A stretch of DNA of 64,000 nucleotides from Marsupella aquatica (Eukaryota > Plantae > Marchantiophyta), in the NCBI GenBank assembly GCA_973895155.1, contig OZ316896.1:6066166-6130165 (forward strand), read 5' to 3'. The notes under the pieces are model-generated. The model saw only the letters and a list, made by a program, of their open reading frames with translations, searched no databases and was not told the origin of the DNA. A program made the position numbers and the translations under genes. Of the stretch, positions 1 through 13,432 are shown piece after piece (the first letter of the stretch is position 1; every line of letters starts with the position of its first letter).

Positions 1-1465
1 GCCAATTGTCCAAGTCGTTCTTCTCCAAAACGTGCTCGTAGGGCAGCGCACGGAGCCACTCCAAAGCTGCTTCCCACCCTCGCGATGACTTGTTGGTCTC
101 CGCTGTTAGAAGAGCAGCGATCATCCTTCAGATGGATTCCCCCTACCAAAAGTTAGATAAATAAAGGCGTTGTTTAGCAGCCCAGTCCACATCGTCGCCA
201 AAGAATTTAACGGACGGCAGCTCCGGAACCTACATTGCATTGCTACAGCAATTACAAAGAGCACATGGTATTAAATTTTGAGTTGTGGAAGCAACTCGTC
301 GAATGACTCGAGTGGCGTTAAACAAACTGAATGTTGTAAGCAAATCGGTCGCCTCTTCGCAAATCTCCTAAGAGGAATTTGAGAGTTCAAGAAAGACTAC
401 TGGACGATGAACTTAGTGTACGAAATTGCGCTTCGCTGCGCTCATCTGAACCCAGTATTACTTTTTCCTCCGCGGGGCCTTTTCTAGCAACTAATTTGGA
501 AAAGAAAGATTAGCTCAGCCGATGATCCCTTCCTACCACTACGTCGAGAGCCTTCAGCGATATCCTCCGCTTCGTCACTTGACTAAACGAGATTCGCCGA
601 GTTCAAGGTAGACTTTCCCCGTCAAATCTAATCATGAAGAGCTGCTGCCCACGGCCCAATACAGGTATTGTCAATCTGCATTCAAAACAAAACCCTCATT
701 TGGGCACTGGACTCGTAAACTGCCATATACTTTCAAGAGACTTGTCAACCCGAAGAACCCCAATAGAAGGACGACAACGAGCGCAATGTCCTCACCTAAT
801 GGTGACCAATGTAACGAAGGAAAACTCCAGGTCAACAGTCAGGCTACTAATTGGCTTTTTCCGCAACTTCACAGATCGCTCAGCTGCCGTGACAACAAAA
901 TGCAACGAGAGAGTCACTTCAGTGATGAAGCTCTTCCATGATTTGTCTCCAGAGCAGCAGCTCACGCCCTGTGACAAGGCGTCTCTCACTGCGGACAGAC
1001 ACGAGTATTTTCTATGATAGGGCTCTGGAATAATCATCACACCCTCGTGAGCACAAACATACAGAACCTTTGTATGGAATCAATGATCTTCTCCTACTTA
1101 AATCTCCCCGTTTTATACCTTGAGCTATTGCGTGTCCCTGGTCAGGTCCCTCTTGTTTAACAAACACTCCAAGTCCTGATTTTGGTGTCCCATCATCCTC
1201 CTGTGTGCCAGCTTAATCTTTAAGGTTTTTAGCCCTGGGTGGCGAATATGTGTGTGATGGAGAAGCGGCTACTAATACTCTTTATATCTAGAATTGTTTT
1301 CTGATGGTTAGATCTCACTACATTAACTTTTAGTATGACCTTTCAGACTCTGGCCAGTGGGTGTGTGTCTAGGTGAGAAACTGGCTAATGGGAGAGAGAA
1401 ACCCTAATTTTGCCAAAAGTGGCAAAATATTTTGGAAAGGTGGAATGTAGCAAATTTTTGCCTAA

Positions 1466-1668
1466 AAAAATTAGGGTGTGCTTAAGTTCACCCAATAATT
1501 TGTTAGTTTTCACACCCATACCTCAAGTTAGTCTGATGTGGACAACATGATTGTTTGTGTCAGGCCAAAAAATTAGGGTGTGCTTAAGTTCACCCAATAA
1601 TTTGTTAGTTTTCACACCCATACCTCAAGTTAGTCTGATGTGGACAACATGATTGTTTGTGTCAGGCC
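1466..1668. repeat. Perfect tandem duplication, 102-bp period, 2 copies
   Basis: ttagggtgtgcttaagttcaccc...tttgtgtcaggcca occurs at 1471 and again at 1573. Confidence 0.95.
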
Positions 1669-3552
1669 ATACTCATGAGGACATGTGCCTAACTCAACAT
1701 GAGTTTACTTCTCTTACTCGTCTTGGGATGTACAAATGTACAAACCCACATATCTCAAGCCCAGCTTGCCTATCTCCCCTGACTAATCAATGATTGCAAT
1801 ACGTATAACTTTTGTAGTACTTCTGTCACCCAATTAGTTTGCTTATAAGGGCCTTCCGACTAAAGAGTGCCCTCATAATGAGTTTCATGAGGCCTTTATT
1901 TAGCTAAATTTAAATTTTGCTACTCTGAAACTAGTGAGATATATGCTTGATGGGTCCCCCGGTAAACCTTTCTTACCTGATGGGCCCCTAGGTAATTTTT
2001 TTTACCAAGTGGGACCCCTCTTAATGACCAGTACACCTGTTCTTGTGTGATGTCTACACCTGTCCTTGTGTGGTGCCTACTATGTACAGATAACCACACT
2101 CATTGCCTCAGTGCAATGTGCTCCAGGCCCAGTCCACCACACTTGTTGTTGCAGTTTACAGCGCCTAGTCCACCACACGAGTCGCCGTAGTTTATCATTG
2201 TTCATCGAAACGGGCAACAATACCATTACCACAGGATTCGATGGGTTCATGCCTGAAGACACAATGGATTATGCCTTCCCATGTTTCAAGGTTTAGGGTT
2301 TAGGGTGTACCCCAACACCTTCAGGTCTGTCTTCTTTTGAAATTGTTTGTATGTATTGCACAGGGGAGTATCACCATTTTTCAAGTGCATTTGTCGATCA
2401 TTTGCCAATTTTTGTTGTGGCGGCAATGGGCAAATTCCGAACATTGAACTTGAATATTCTTTGTGGACATTTGGAGGTACCCCGCACTGACTTTGACAGT
2501 CGCGCATGAACGTTGATAGTCGCGCATGACCACTCTCAGCAGGACAGAGACAAAGGTTGTGTGCAAGGACAGGTTGGCCCTAGACAGAGACTGGGCATAG
2601 GATGGCGGACGGGACCATCCAACCTACCCCTCGGTCAACTGACCCAAGGGTGGTCAAAGTCACCTTGAGGGAAACCCAGGCCATCTGATTGAGAAACTGG
2701 GAGCAATGACAGCCATTGGATGTGAAAGAGCCAACCTGAGTTTATTTTATTAACACAAAAACAAAACAAGCATTGTGATAGATTTGGGGATAAATTATAA
2801 AAATTCAGTGGCAAGTATTATGTCAAAAAAGAATGGCAATCTAGTGAATCCCAGATTTTGTGTAAATGATTTAAATTGAAACTGTCTCAGTTTCATACAG
2901 TTCTATGGAAATTTTGAGCTCTCAAGCATGGGTCTTTTGATACCTTGTTTCATCTATTATAAGATTGCTCGATTCCTCCCTCTAATCCATTGTTAACGAG
3001 GGAGACAAAATAAGACAAGATTGCATTTTTGCAGATAACCAATCTAAAAGAAAAATAGTATTAGTCCAAAAGACCAAATGCTTGGTGTGGACGTTGTGGT
3101 GAAAGAGGACACTACCAAGCGGAGTGCCAAAATTCATGGAAATCTCTCCAATATGCTGCTGGTGATTGGGGAGACACCAACTTACTATGCTTAGGGTTCT
3201 TTTCCCACTCTTTCCCATTTTTCTTTTTTCTTTTTCCTTTGAAACATCTAGACATCACAAAACTCAAGCCAAGATGGACCACAGGTTGGACATAGTGTTC
3301 CCGCAGCTCACATTTTGGAGGTCCATGGAGTTTGGGCCCATAACTTGATGATTATGAGTCCTAATTTTTTTTAGTTTTGCACCTGTAAGGCAACTAGAGA
3401 AGAGGAGACTGAAAATTTGAACAATTTCAAAATGGGAATCTTGTATTACAGTACATGGGGGATGGACAACTAGGTACACCATGAGCCAATATGCTCAGAG
3501 TATCAAGATTGTGTGCTTCAGGGTTTAGTTTGTATTGTTATAATATAATATA

Positions 3553-4858
3553 TCTACATCTATAATATTAAATCTCACTCATTTTAGTCCTTCATCCCGT
3601 TACAAAATGCATTTTGGGCGGGAATGAATGAAAGCCATTACATCGTTTGGCTAATTTTTTGTAGCCATTTGATTATTAATTGTGCGGTCAAGGTATACAT
3701 AAACACATGATTATATTGCAATAGCCTACATGAGAGCAAGAACAATTAAACTTGAGAATACAAATATGAATTGTACTAGATTATCCTTTTTACTTTCCCA
3801 TGAGGACTACTTTCACATGGGGACTACAACTCTACAAGGGTGTGTTATTACATTATACTCTCATCTCATAAAGATATAAAGATAAAGCACTATCCAAAGA
3901 TCAGGGAGAAGGTAGCGAGAAATTGGCAAGGAAGAAAAAACGGGGAGTGCTAGATAAAGGAGAAAAGGAACAAAAAATTGAGGAAGAGAAGAATGAAAAA
4001 GGTAGGGAAAAATAGAGAAGAGGATAAAATGAGATAATTTTGTATTTTCCTGCCCCCCATTTAAAAAAACAAGTATGTGTATATTTATGTATTTAAAATA
4101 TTAATAATTTTAGTTTTAGTAAAAATTGCATCATTTTTTTGGGTGATCATGTTACGACTCCGTGATGTAATGGTCATTGTCACCCATCTTGCATCTCCAT
4201 GTTCTCACCTTCATCCTCCTCAACAATAACACATTCACAATAATAACCAAAATCATAACATTTTCACAACAATGACAAACACCACCAAACAATGACATTT
4301 TTTATGTTACGTCTTTTTGGCGGCGCATAGGGAATGAGTTTGCCTGCATTTGTTTTTGCAATGCGGGCATTTTTTGTGTTCTTTACCTCACCACAACATC
4401 TTTCCCTCACACTTGACAGTTTTTCTCTTCTCGGCATGTTTTCCTCATCTTTACATCGTTTTCTCACCTTGTCATATATTTTTTCTCTCCTCAACATCTT
4501 TTTTCACTTTGACTTTTTTTCCTCACCTCGACATCTTTTTCTCTCATCGACAACTTTTTTTACACCAACATCTTTTCTTCGGCTCCACATCTTTTTCTCT
4601 CATCGACAACTTTTTTTACACCAACATCTTTTCTTCGCCTCCACATCTTTTTTCTCTCATCGACAACTTTTTTTACACCAACATCTTTTCTTCACGACAA
4701 ACACTTTTTCTCTCATCAAGAACTTTTTTCACACCGTCTTTTCTTCACGACAACACCTTTTCTCTCATCGAAACTTTTTTCACACCAACATCTTTTCTCC
4801 ATGACAACATCTTTTTTCACCTCAACATCTTTTGTGCAATGCATAGGCATCGGGCTAG
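3553..4858 (+). mobile_element. Non-autonomous Helitron
   Basis: 5' end A|TCTACATCTATAATATTAAA. 3' end ...GTGCAATGCATAGGCATCGGGCTAG|T, a degenerate GTGCAA-GCAC-type hairpin followed by CTAG. Inserted between A and T with no TSD and no Rep/helicase ORF. Confidence 0.7.
4490..4830. repeat. Degenerate ~57-bp pyrimidine-rich tandem array inside the Helitron
   Basis: Repeated unit acatctttttctctcatcgacaacttttttacaccaacatcttttcttc. It explains the spurious F/S/L-rich ORFs at 4334-4871. Confidence 0.9.
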
Positions 4859-5142
4859 TAATACATCATAAAATAAGTAGTGGTATATTGTTGTTAGGTG
4901 TAGCCTTATCTCTTTCATATATTCAACTGTTAATATGTCAAGAACCCACTCATTTGCCCTATATTGGACCCAAGGAATTGCTTGGCATCTTGCATATTCG
5001 ATGAAATTCCACTGTAGACTATTTTAGTCATTCTACAATTTAGTTGGGTGCAAGAAACGTGCAAAGAAACATGTGCATGACATCCATCCCATCAAAGAGG
5101 ACCAGACAAACTTGATTGACCCTTATACCTACTATTCACTAT

Positions 5143-6605
5143 TTACGGACCCCCATTAGGGGTCTCTTGCAAATTCTCTGCCATGAGGTTGCACCACATC
5201 ACCACAATTAGCCACAAACAGGACTGGTCCTACTTTAAACAATAACAAACGTGCACATTCCTGTTTGTGGCAAAAGCAACGTAATTTTTGGGGCGCCATG
5301 CCGTAAGTATTAAATGTAAAAAAAACCAAAATACAAAAGAAGAGATGTCATTTAATAAAACAAAGTTACCATTTTGATGTTTGTCAAAGATATATCAGTG
5401 TTTTATATCAAAATGCTTGTATTTTTTAATTGTTTGCAAGTTTGGAAAAATCAATCGATAGAAATGTACATAGTTAAAACCCCTTTGGCTTCACATTGTA
5501 AAACTAAATAATAAATCTCCTTAGTACTTGATAAAATCTGTCAATGTTTGATTCATTTGATCTCTTTAGTAATGTCTTGACAAAATCTCTCAATGTCACT
5601 CATTGGAAAGCTAGAGTAAAATTAAAAACTCATCATCTTCTTAGTACTTGAGAAAATCTATCAATGTTAGGTTAATTGGAAAGCTAGAGAAATTTAGATA
5701 CTCACGATCTCTCTATTTTTTGACAAATAATCTCAATGTCACACATTAGAAAGCTAAAGAGATTGAAAACCTCCTGATCTCTTGAGTACCGTGACAAAAT
5801 CTGACATGAAATTTGTCAATGTCAGACTCAATGTTAGAAAGCTAAAAGAATTCATGAACTCATGATCAAAATGTCTTATACTCACACTCATTGGAAAGGC
5901 AAAGAAAATCAAAAACTCATATGGAACTTGACAAAATTTGTCAATTTGAGGCTCATTGGAAACCCTTTCTCAATTAAGAGATATCACAATCTCGTCACCG
6001 TCACAAACTTAGCCGCCACAAATTGATTTCTTTGATTACGTCATCATTGCTTGTCCACAATGTTTGCTTCCCGGCTTGAATTGTCCATATCTCTTAGATA
6101 GTCTTCAACTAATGCTCACTCTGAACACAGGTTGACGCCAAATTAATGCAACCTCTATGTCAAAGAAACAATTGTTGGTCTTCCCGCTCACACCATATAG
6201 CTTTCTTAAATAAAAATAATTACAAATCATTTGTTTGAAGTGATGACTTGTTCATTTTGTGTGTTCTTCCCACCGAATTGAGAAGTGCTCTTTTGCCAAC
6301 AACTGAGTGTTGTGCTCTAGTGTGTCTTGTGGCGGTAATGCTCAATGTAACTCACAAACCATCAATCAAGAATGGTTGAAAATTGATTTCTCCAATGTGT
6401 AAGCAAAACCTATAAGAAAACTCAATTTCTCCACATTCAACCTTCCGTTTGATAAATCTCTATCTTTTGAGCATTTGTTTTTGTACGAGCACACACCAAC
6501 ACCATCGAGAGACTCAAAACCGTCGGTTACCACCTTGATGAAAATTGATTTCACTTAATCACACACACATTCTTTGGATGAACATGGGGGTCCACGGATT
6601 AATTT
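5143..6605 (+). mobile_element. Unclassified non-coding dispersed element, copy 1 (~1.46 kb)
   Basis: Colinear in reverse complement with 58634-60118. Begins TTACGGACCCCCATTAGGGGTC and ends CATGGGGGTCCACGGATTAATTT. Contains internal ~60-bp subrepeats (attggaaagctagag...ttagtacttga..aaaatct.tcaatgt). Confidence 0.8.
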
Positions 6606-7620
6606 GTTGCCCACGAGAGACCACCTCTTAAACTGTTCTGTTTATATGAACCACAAAACCACCAGTAGGACGTGCAAGGGAGAGAAAAGACACAGGAGAA
6701 AACATTACACACTGTAGTATGCCTTGGGCCTGCCTCTCCTCTCCTCTCCTTAATTGGTTTTTTCTTTCTTTTTAGCCAAGTTGGCAAATGTCCTCTGTGA
6801 GAAAGAAGATGCTACAATAGTAATATTCACTGTCTAATTTTACTAAATGTGACCATTATCTCCCTAGATTTAAGGATAACCGTCAGATGGGTGGGAAACT
6901 TGCTAATTCAATCCTGGCAAAGACTTTCAGTAGGGTGTAATTTGGCGGGTTTTCGCCACAAAGGAAACGCTGCCCCTCCTATCCTGTTTGGAGGACTCAC
7001 TTCTCGGTATAATGCAAGAGGGGGAGGGACAGGCGGAGGGAGGGACAGGCGGAGGGAGGAAGAACCCGTTCCGTTTAGGTACTGTACGTAGGCGTTGCGC
7101 AATGCTGTGCACCGCGCCATCCACACGAGTAACTGACTCCTCGACAGAGGCTTTGATCAAGCCTGGCTGTCTCTGCCAGCGATTTCGCTACTCCTGCAGC
7201 GCCATTTCCCATCCAAATCCAGCAAATTGAGTCGGTCACAGTGTCACGGGTTCGACATGCTCCATCGTGTCGTGTAAAACGTGGTCACGGAGCTCGGGGC
7301 GCTGCATCCGTTTGATCCGGAGAAGGCGTAATCTTCGTTGTTCCTGCCGAAGAGTGTGGGATTTGTCTGGTGCGCTCGATCGACTGATATGGGAGATTGA
7401 GCGAGTGACTCTGATCGTCATATGAGTGAACGAAGGCAAAAAGCAGTGGGAAGGGAGCGAGGGAGACAGAGCTGCCTCTGGGCAGGCAAGGTGTTTTACA
7501 TTTGAACGAAGAGGAGGGGACGCAGAGGAAGGATCTGCGCAGAGGGATAGTTGAACGAAGGTGGCTGGAGTCTTCAGCAGCTCCGGAGGTCGCCAACGCA
7601 TGATTCAGTAGGAGTGGAGG

Positions 7621-10600
7621 ATGCCGCCGCATGAGGGGGAGCAGAACGGAGGCCGTGAGTCAGAACTGGAATTGCCGGGACAGTCCTATGGCACATACGA
7701 TGAGGTCTCGATGCAGCACAGCCATAATTTTCTCACGGCTTTGCAGGTTCGTTGAAAGCTGCTCCGTTCTCCGTTATCTTGTCTGTAATCTTCGCCACTA
7801 GAGATACTCCCGACAGGCCATGCCTTGCATTCGTAGTCTGTTCTTTTGTTTTGAATTTCTTAGGAATGTGCGACAAGTAATTGTGCTTGGTTGTATGATC
7901 GATTGTGTTACGGAAAGCAACGGGCGTGTAAAGAGAAGTATGAACACTCAGTATATAGCAATTGTCATTACCGCCTACGTCCGATGTTGCTTTTGGTAAT
8001 ATAATCCGATTACTCCGGCTTGGCTCCGGACATGGTTAAATGCACAGTTCCGGTAAATGTGGACACCTTAGAAGGAAATGGCTGGTTCTGGACTATCCTC
8101 TCATATTTGAGAGAGTTCACCGATGATGCCGCAGTGCACTTTGATTCGTGCTCGATCGACGGGCCCTTGCCAGATTAGTTTGATTTGAAAAGACATAGGA
8201 GGACTGGAGTTCGCGAGAATAGAGGAGATACGCACTTTTTTAAACTTCAAACTCTGTAAGTGTGTGCTTGAACCCGGACAAGTAACGTCGGGTGTTGCCA
8301 GGTCTATCTTTGTGCTTATCGGGGTTCAAATGAAACCACATGGCTCTCTGGGTCCAAGATTTCAAAACGCCCTCGTAATAGAAGGCAACCTGTATTAAAA
8401 AAATGAAAAAAAGCGGAGCAAGTCAGCGGCAAAATATTTGTGGTTTCCTTATCTGGATGTTTTTCCTTCACTTCGCACCGACCCATGTCAATGCCAGTTT
8501 CGGGAAGGAATTGTAGAAAAACGAAAACGTATCTGTGTTAGCTACGGGGAGTATAAGTTTGTCGATGGGACCGACCTCAAAACACTGTTGTGGCTACATT
8601 TTCTGCACATGTCTTCCACGGGTGTTTGATATGCACCTCCGCATTCTCTCCTTCCAAATTTTTGAGCCAACATTTGCAATGTACGATCGTCAGTGCTCTT
8701 GTTGATACGCCGTTTTCGTCTTCATGGGGATCTGAGTGGTGAGGGCTCTATCACTCTGCGGGTGCACCTCACCGGTAGCTATGTTAAGTCGTGCGCCGTC
8801 GTTGTCATCTGGAGCTAGAAGATAGCTCAAGGGTGTTGTTCTTCCTCCGCTTTGGGACATCAAACAGTTTACACGTTGCATCATGTAGCCCTGTCGAACG
8901 CTCGCTGTTGGTTTGCAGTCCAATATGCGGTTGAGTCTACCATCCTAAAGTTACCAAACTGCGTCTAGATGTTTCATGTGGTTGAAGCCATGCTAGGGCA
9001 TAGTCACTTCTGCTCTATACCCGTACTCTGCGGATCACGGACAGTTTTGTCGGTGGGTTGTGCTGGGTTCATGATACAAAGGAGATGCTGGCGTCAAACT
9101 ATTCTGGGCATCTGACGTTTGGCTCCTTTTGTATTCTCTTAACAATCAATTGAATGTACTGCTATGTATGACCGTCCTCTAAGTGCCTATTTGAAACTCT
9201 TAACGTGCAGGAACTCAAAAATCTTCGGCCGCAGCTCTATTCTGCGGCAGAGTATTGTGAATCATCCTATCTTTACAGTAACCAGAAGCAAGTGTAAGTC
9301 GCATAAGCCTGCCTCCTGCTTCATGCTTCTTCAATGGGCTTTATATCTGGGTATTTCTCAATGATGTAGTAGTCAATGGTTTACAATGCCACCCAGCCTA
9401 GCATTGGAAGTGAGACCTTTATGAATTTCTCTCATGGAACCTAACTTGTTGAATTCTTTACTTTGACATGCGCAGCGTACTGGAAAATCTTAAAGATTAT
9501 TCCGTAAAGGCCCTGGTTAATGCCGTGGATCATCTGGGCACTGTGGCTTTCAAGCTGAACGATCTGCTTTCTCAGCAAGCTAGTGAGGTTGCTTCTGCGG
9601 ACATACGAGCCGGGTCTCTTGCTCAGGTTGACCTACTGTACGTTAAAGTATTGGTTCGTTCTGTTGTGAAATAGTCTCCTTTCTACTGGTTACCTTTTCT
9701 CTCCGTCCTCCGTAGACAGTTTAGACGGATTGTTTCACTCCGTAGATTTTCTTTTACGCAGTATAAAAGTCCTCTGCTGGTGTGTACAGTTTTGACAGTA
9801 AACAGGGCATGTCGTCATTTGATTACAGAGGCTCCGTTCCTGCCAAGAACATTCTGATCGCGAGGGGCTGAAGCAGCAATCTTTGGCCAAGTCGACGCAA
9901 GCCAATCATAAACACTATGTGCTTCCAGGTCTGCATCCTCATGCTTCACTTGTGTCTATGCATGTGCATGAAGCCTTCGTCTGTATTTTTGAATGTCAGG
10001 AGTTGAACTGACGTCCAGTCGCAAAATGTGGATGTTGCCCTCAGATGTGACGGAGTTCTCCAAAAGAGCATATGACCAAGATCTAGTGACTATGTCGCGT
10101 GAGACATTTGATCTTGACCAAGTTCAATCTCAAGCACAAGCGTCAGATGGTAAGCTATTGACTGGATAGACCATTCGAAATATTTTAATCGCTGGAACCT
10201 TCCTAGTGCATCTGATGGCAAAGCTTGTTCTCAAACTGATGAACTATGTCTTGGCAATTGTATTATAGGTTCTAGCAGTTCTCGTAGCCTGGCTTGGCAT
10301 TTTGCCGTTGATCGCAGTCCTGTCAAAACCAGCAGTAACAGTACTCTACATCAACCTTCAAGGTAAAGGCTGCCTTGCTTCCCCGAAGAAGTCTTAAGTT
10401 CGTCTTCCATTGCTGCCTCATTCTTTAGCACAGTTGAGTCTGAATATGATTCGTTCCTTCATCTGCTGTTAGAAGGTTACGGAATGCTGAGAGGCTTTTT
10501 TATTGTAAAGAGGTCCACTGATTGTAGTTATTTGCGTGGCAGTTCAAGATATATGGCATCTCCGCTAAGAGACGTCGATGGCTCTGTATCTCGAGGTTTG

Positions 10601-11742
10601 TTTTTTCTCTTCCCACTTGAAGCTCGTGAAGAGAGCTTAAAACACTTCTTAGCTCAAATACGTGGCAGAACTCCAGTCTCGTGTGACCTTGGTGCTTCGT
10701 TTCAGAAAACAAATGACAGAGTAGCCTATTGGGAAGATTAGCTTTATTATGAGTCAACCCACTCCTTTTTAATTTCACGTCTGTGCCTTGATGGAACAGA
10801 TAGCGAGTCATCAAATACATCATCAGGTCCCTTACTTGTGTCCGATAGATCCAAGCACAACTCCAGATCAAGATCAGCAGAGCGAGTAAGGGCGGAGGAC
10901 AGATCAACTGCAGCGGAAAAGCTTCAGATCTCTGATAAGAGAATCCCTGGAAGATCTAGATCCACGGAAAGAAGACCTCTAGCAAAAGTCTCTACCTCCA
11001 ACGCACAGGTTGGTCCAGTTATCAGACTTGTTCCCACTAGACAATCACGTGAACAAAATTTTACTATGAAGGTTCCCTATCCTTTGTTTTGGTTGGAAAG
11101 TGTGCAACATTTGTATCAATGAGTTGACCTACCCCCGTTAAGTGTGATATTCAGGCTGTAAATATCTTTCCTGTCCTCTCTACATTTCGTCGTAATTGTT
11201 GCTACGCTTCATTCAAATTACACGCTTTCGTCTGCCACAATACTATTAGGCGTGGTGCGTAACACAGTTGTGCTGTGGAATTGCCCATTAATGTTTCTCG
11301 TCGTGTTCGACTTCAAAATCAGTGAATTATTCCTACCCTACTAAACATGCAGATTTTAGGGGTGGGTAGTGACTGGTGTTTCTTCTAGGGTTGGATCCAG
11401 AATTGCTTAACGGGGAAGTTTTGTAACAGAACGTTTACGAGCGATCAACAGCTGGTTATTATCCGCGCCCATTCAATGATGCATATGCCCAGACGATTGA
11501 CTATTTGTGTTGACATGTAAAGCTTCCTTTACATTCCTTGACTGAAACGTGAGCTTGACATTGACTATGTTCTTGTTTTTGTTGTTTTCGTCCAGGCTGC
11601 TTCATTAGAACGGTCAGTGTCACAGTTGACTCTGTCAAATCCTGATAGAGACATACGACCTCCTTCGCGGAGCAAAAGCCTTCTGAGGTCTTTGCTTAGC
11701 AGAGGGAGAAATGGTAAGCTAGCATCAAGCAATGGTTCTTGA
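7621..11742 (+). CDS. ABIL: ABI-like protein (ABIL family, SCAR/WAVE complex subunit), 8 exons, ~321 aa
   Basis: GT-AG exons 7621-7746, 9211-9293, 9476-9626, 9829-9928, 10045-10149, 10269-10362, 10849-11008, 11596-11742 join in frame (966 nt). Contains the family motif ELKNLRPQLYSAAEYCESSYLYSNQKQVVLENLKDYSVKALVNAVDHLGTVAFKLNDLL and a C-terminal RPPSRSKSLLRSLLSR. Confidence 0.93.
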
Positions 11743-12848
11743 CCAACCTCCAGTATCAATTTTGTGAGTTTTGTTTGCTTGACAATCGTTGAAGTAAATT
11801 AAAAGATTTTGACCGTGCTTATGTAGATTTTTGTTGAGAAAGGTTTCCGCCAAGAAGCAAGAGGCACCGGCTGCGATACCCTCTTCGAGGAAGTCATTTT
11901 GAGATCAATGAAAAGTTTTGGATAGATTTGTTCGTTTGAAAACAGAACACACAAACAGTTGGGGAGATGTCACATGATATTCATTCGAAGAATCTCTAAT
12001 ATGACATCTTGCATGTGCCAGGTCCTTCACCCTCATGTATCCCGTATTGAACTTTTGGCGTGACCATAAATGATGCAGTTACCTGTCGTTAACTTATAAC
12101 AATATGTTAGCTTTTAATCCACTTAATGTAAAATACACCAAATCACAATTGAAGTCCTGACTCTGTTTTCTGTACACCACTCAAGTCTTGTTGCTGTGTC
12201 CATAATTTGACCAATACTTTCAGAATTATTTTCGTTCACGAATCTCTCATTTAGGTGGTTCCACTGTTCTTGGACGTTCCTGAATGTGTATCCGATCCTG
12301 ATCAGAGCTGGGTAGTAACGGCAATTGATCTAAGGTACATTGCTATCTGAGGTAGAGAGGACTAATATACTCCTTTCGACGAAGTAATGCATGTAGTAAA
12401 TTAAAGTCCCTTGGCCTTAGTGGTCGCACGGCCTGGTAGTCTGGCGAAAGGTTGGTTCCTCGAATTTACAAGGTTCATGAAATGCGAAAACTCTAGAATT
12501 CAACGTTTCGGAGAATTGCCTTGTTGGAATCGCCACTGAAACGTCCGCATCTGATGCTTTAGTGCATGCAAATTCAGTAGTTCAACATCGTATGCTTATT
12601 TAGACACTAATTGGAGATTAGTGCTCGGAGCTACGAACTTATCATCCATGTTGCCAAGACGGGTTCTGAGGAAGCATGGAGCTGTTAAGGTGTGCAATGA
12701 TGGCTAGATCTCTTAAAGCAACCAAGGAGTATAGCGTTGTTAAGCAGCATATTTGAAACCAAAGTTTTATCTAGAATGAAGCTAGGATGAGATAGAATTC
12801 GAACTTTCTCATGGGTACCAACAGAATGTGCGATCAATGACAAGTCTG

Positions 12849-13062
12849 AAGTTTGCAATAGTTTTACACAAAAATTCTGGACGTCAGACTGCATTGCATC
12901 TCCCTGCTTATCCATCTTTCTATGCAAAAGGTTAATAGGGCGTGTCAAAGTTTGCAATAGTTTTACACCAAAATTCTGGACGTCAGACTGCACTGCATCT
13001 TCCTGCTTATCCATCTTCTATGCAAAAGGTTCTATGCAAAAGGTTAATAGGGACTGTCAAAG
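12849..13062. repeat. ~99-bp imperfect tandem duplication
   Basis: aagtttgcaatagttttacac.aaaattctggacgtcagactgca...tatgcaaaagg occurs twice. Confidence 0.85.
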
Positions 13063-13140
13063 TACTCTCAAGCAGTCTTACTGTCGTGGATTTTTGGACA
13101 TATTATATTTATGGGGTATGTATATTGGTAGCCGGTAGCT

Positions 13141-13432
13141 AATTGATTTAGAGCCTTGCTTTGACACCCTCTAATGAACCTAAATTTGAGTTAGAGCCTT
13201 GCTTTGACACCCCCTAATGAACCTAAATTGAGTTAGAGCCTTGCTTTGACACCCCCTAATGAACCAAAATTGATTTAGAGCCTTGCTTTGACACCCCCTA
13301 ATGAAGCAAAATTGAGTTAGAGCCTTGCTTTGACACCCCCTAATGAAGCAAAATTGAGTTAGAGCCTTGCTTTGACACCCCCTAATGAACCTAAATTGAG
13401 TTAGAGCCTTGCTTTGACACCCCCTAATGAAC
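13141..13432. repeat. 42-bp minisatellite, 7 copies
   Basis: Head-to-tail unit aattgagttagagccttgctttgacaccccctaatgaaccta with no unique spacers. Confidence 0.95.

Noticed and set aside
1-1040. ORFs 634-1017 (+) and 792-1040 (-) as genes
   Set aside because: No recognisable domain or consistent exon structure. May be degenerate coding sequence but cannot be supported.
2292-2306. TTTAGGG telomeric repeat
   Set aside because: Only two units, expected by chance.
4264-4871. Long F/L/S-rich ORFs
   Set aside because: By-products of a pyrimidine-rich tandem array that lacks stop codons.
13141-13432. CRISPR-like regular repeat array
   Set aside because: Units are contiguous with no unique spacers, the context is eukaryotic and there are no cas genes. 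It is a minisatellite.
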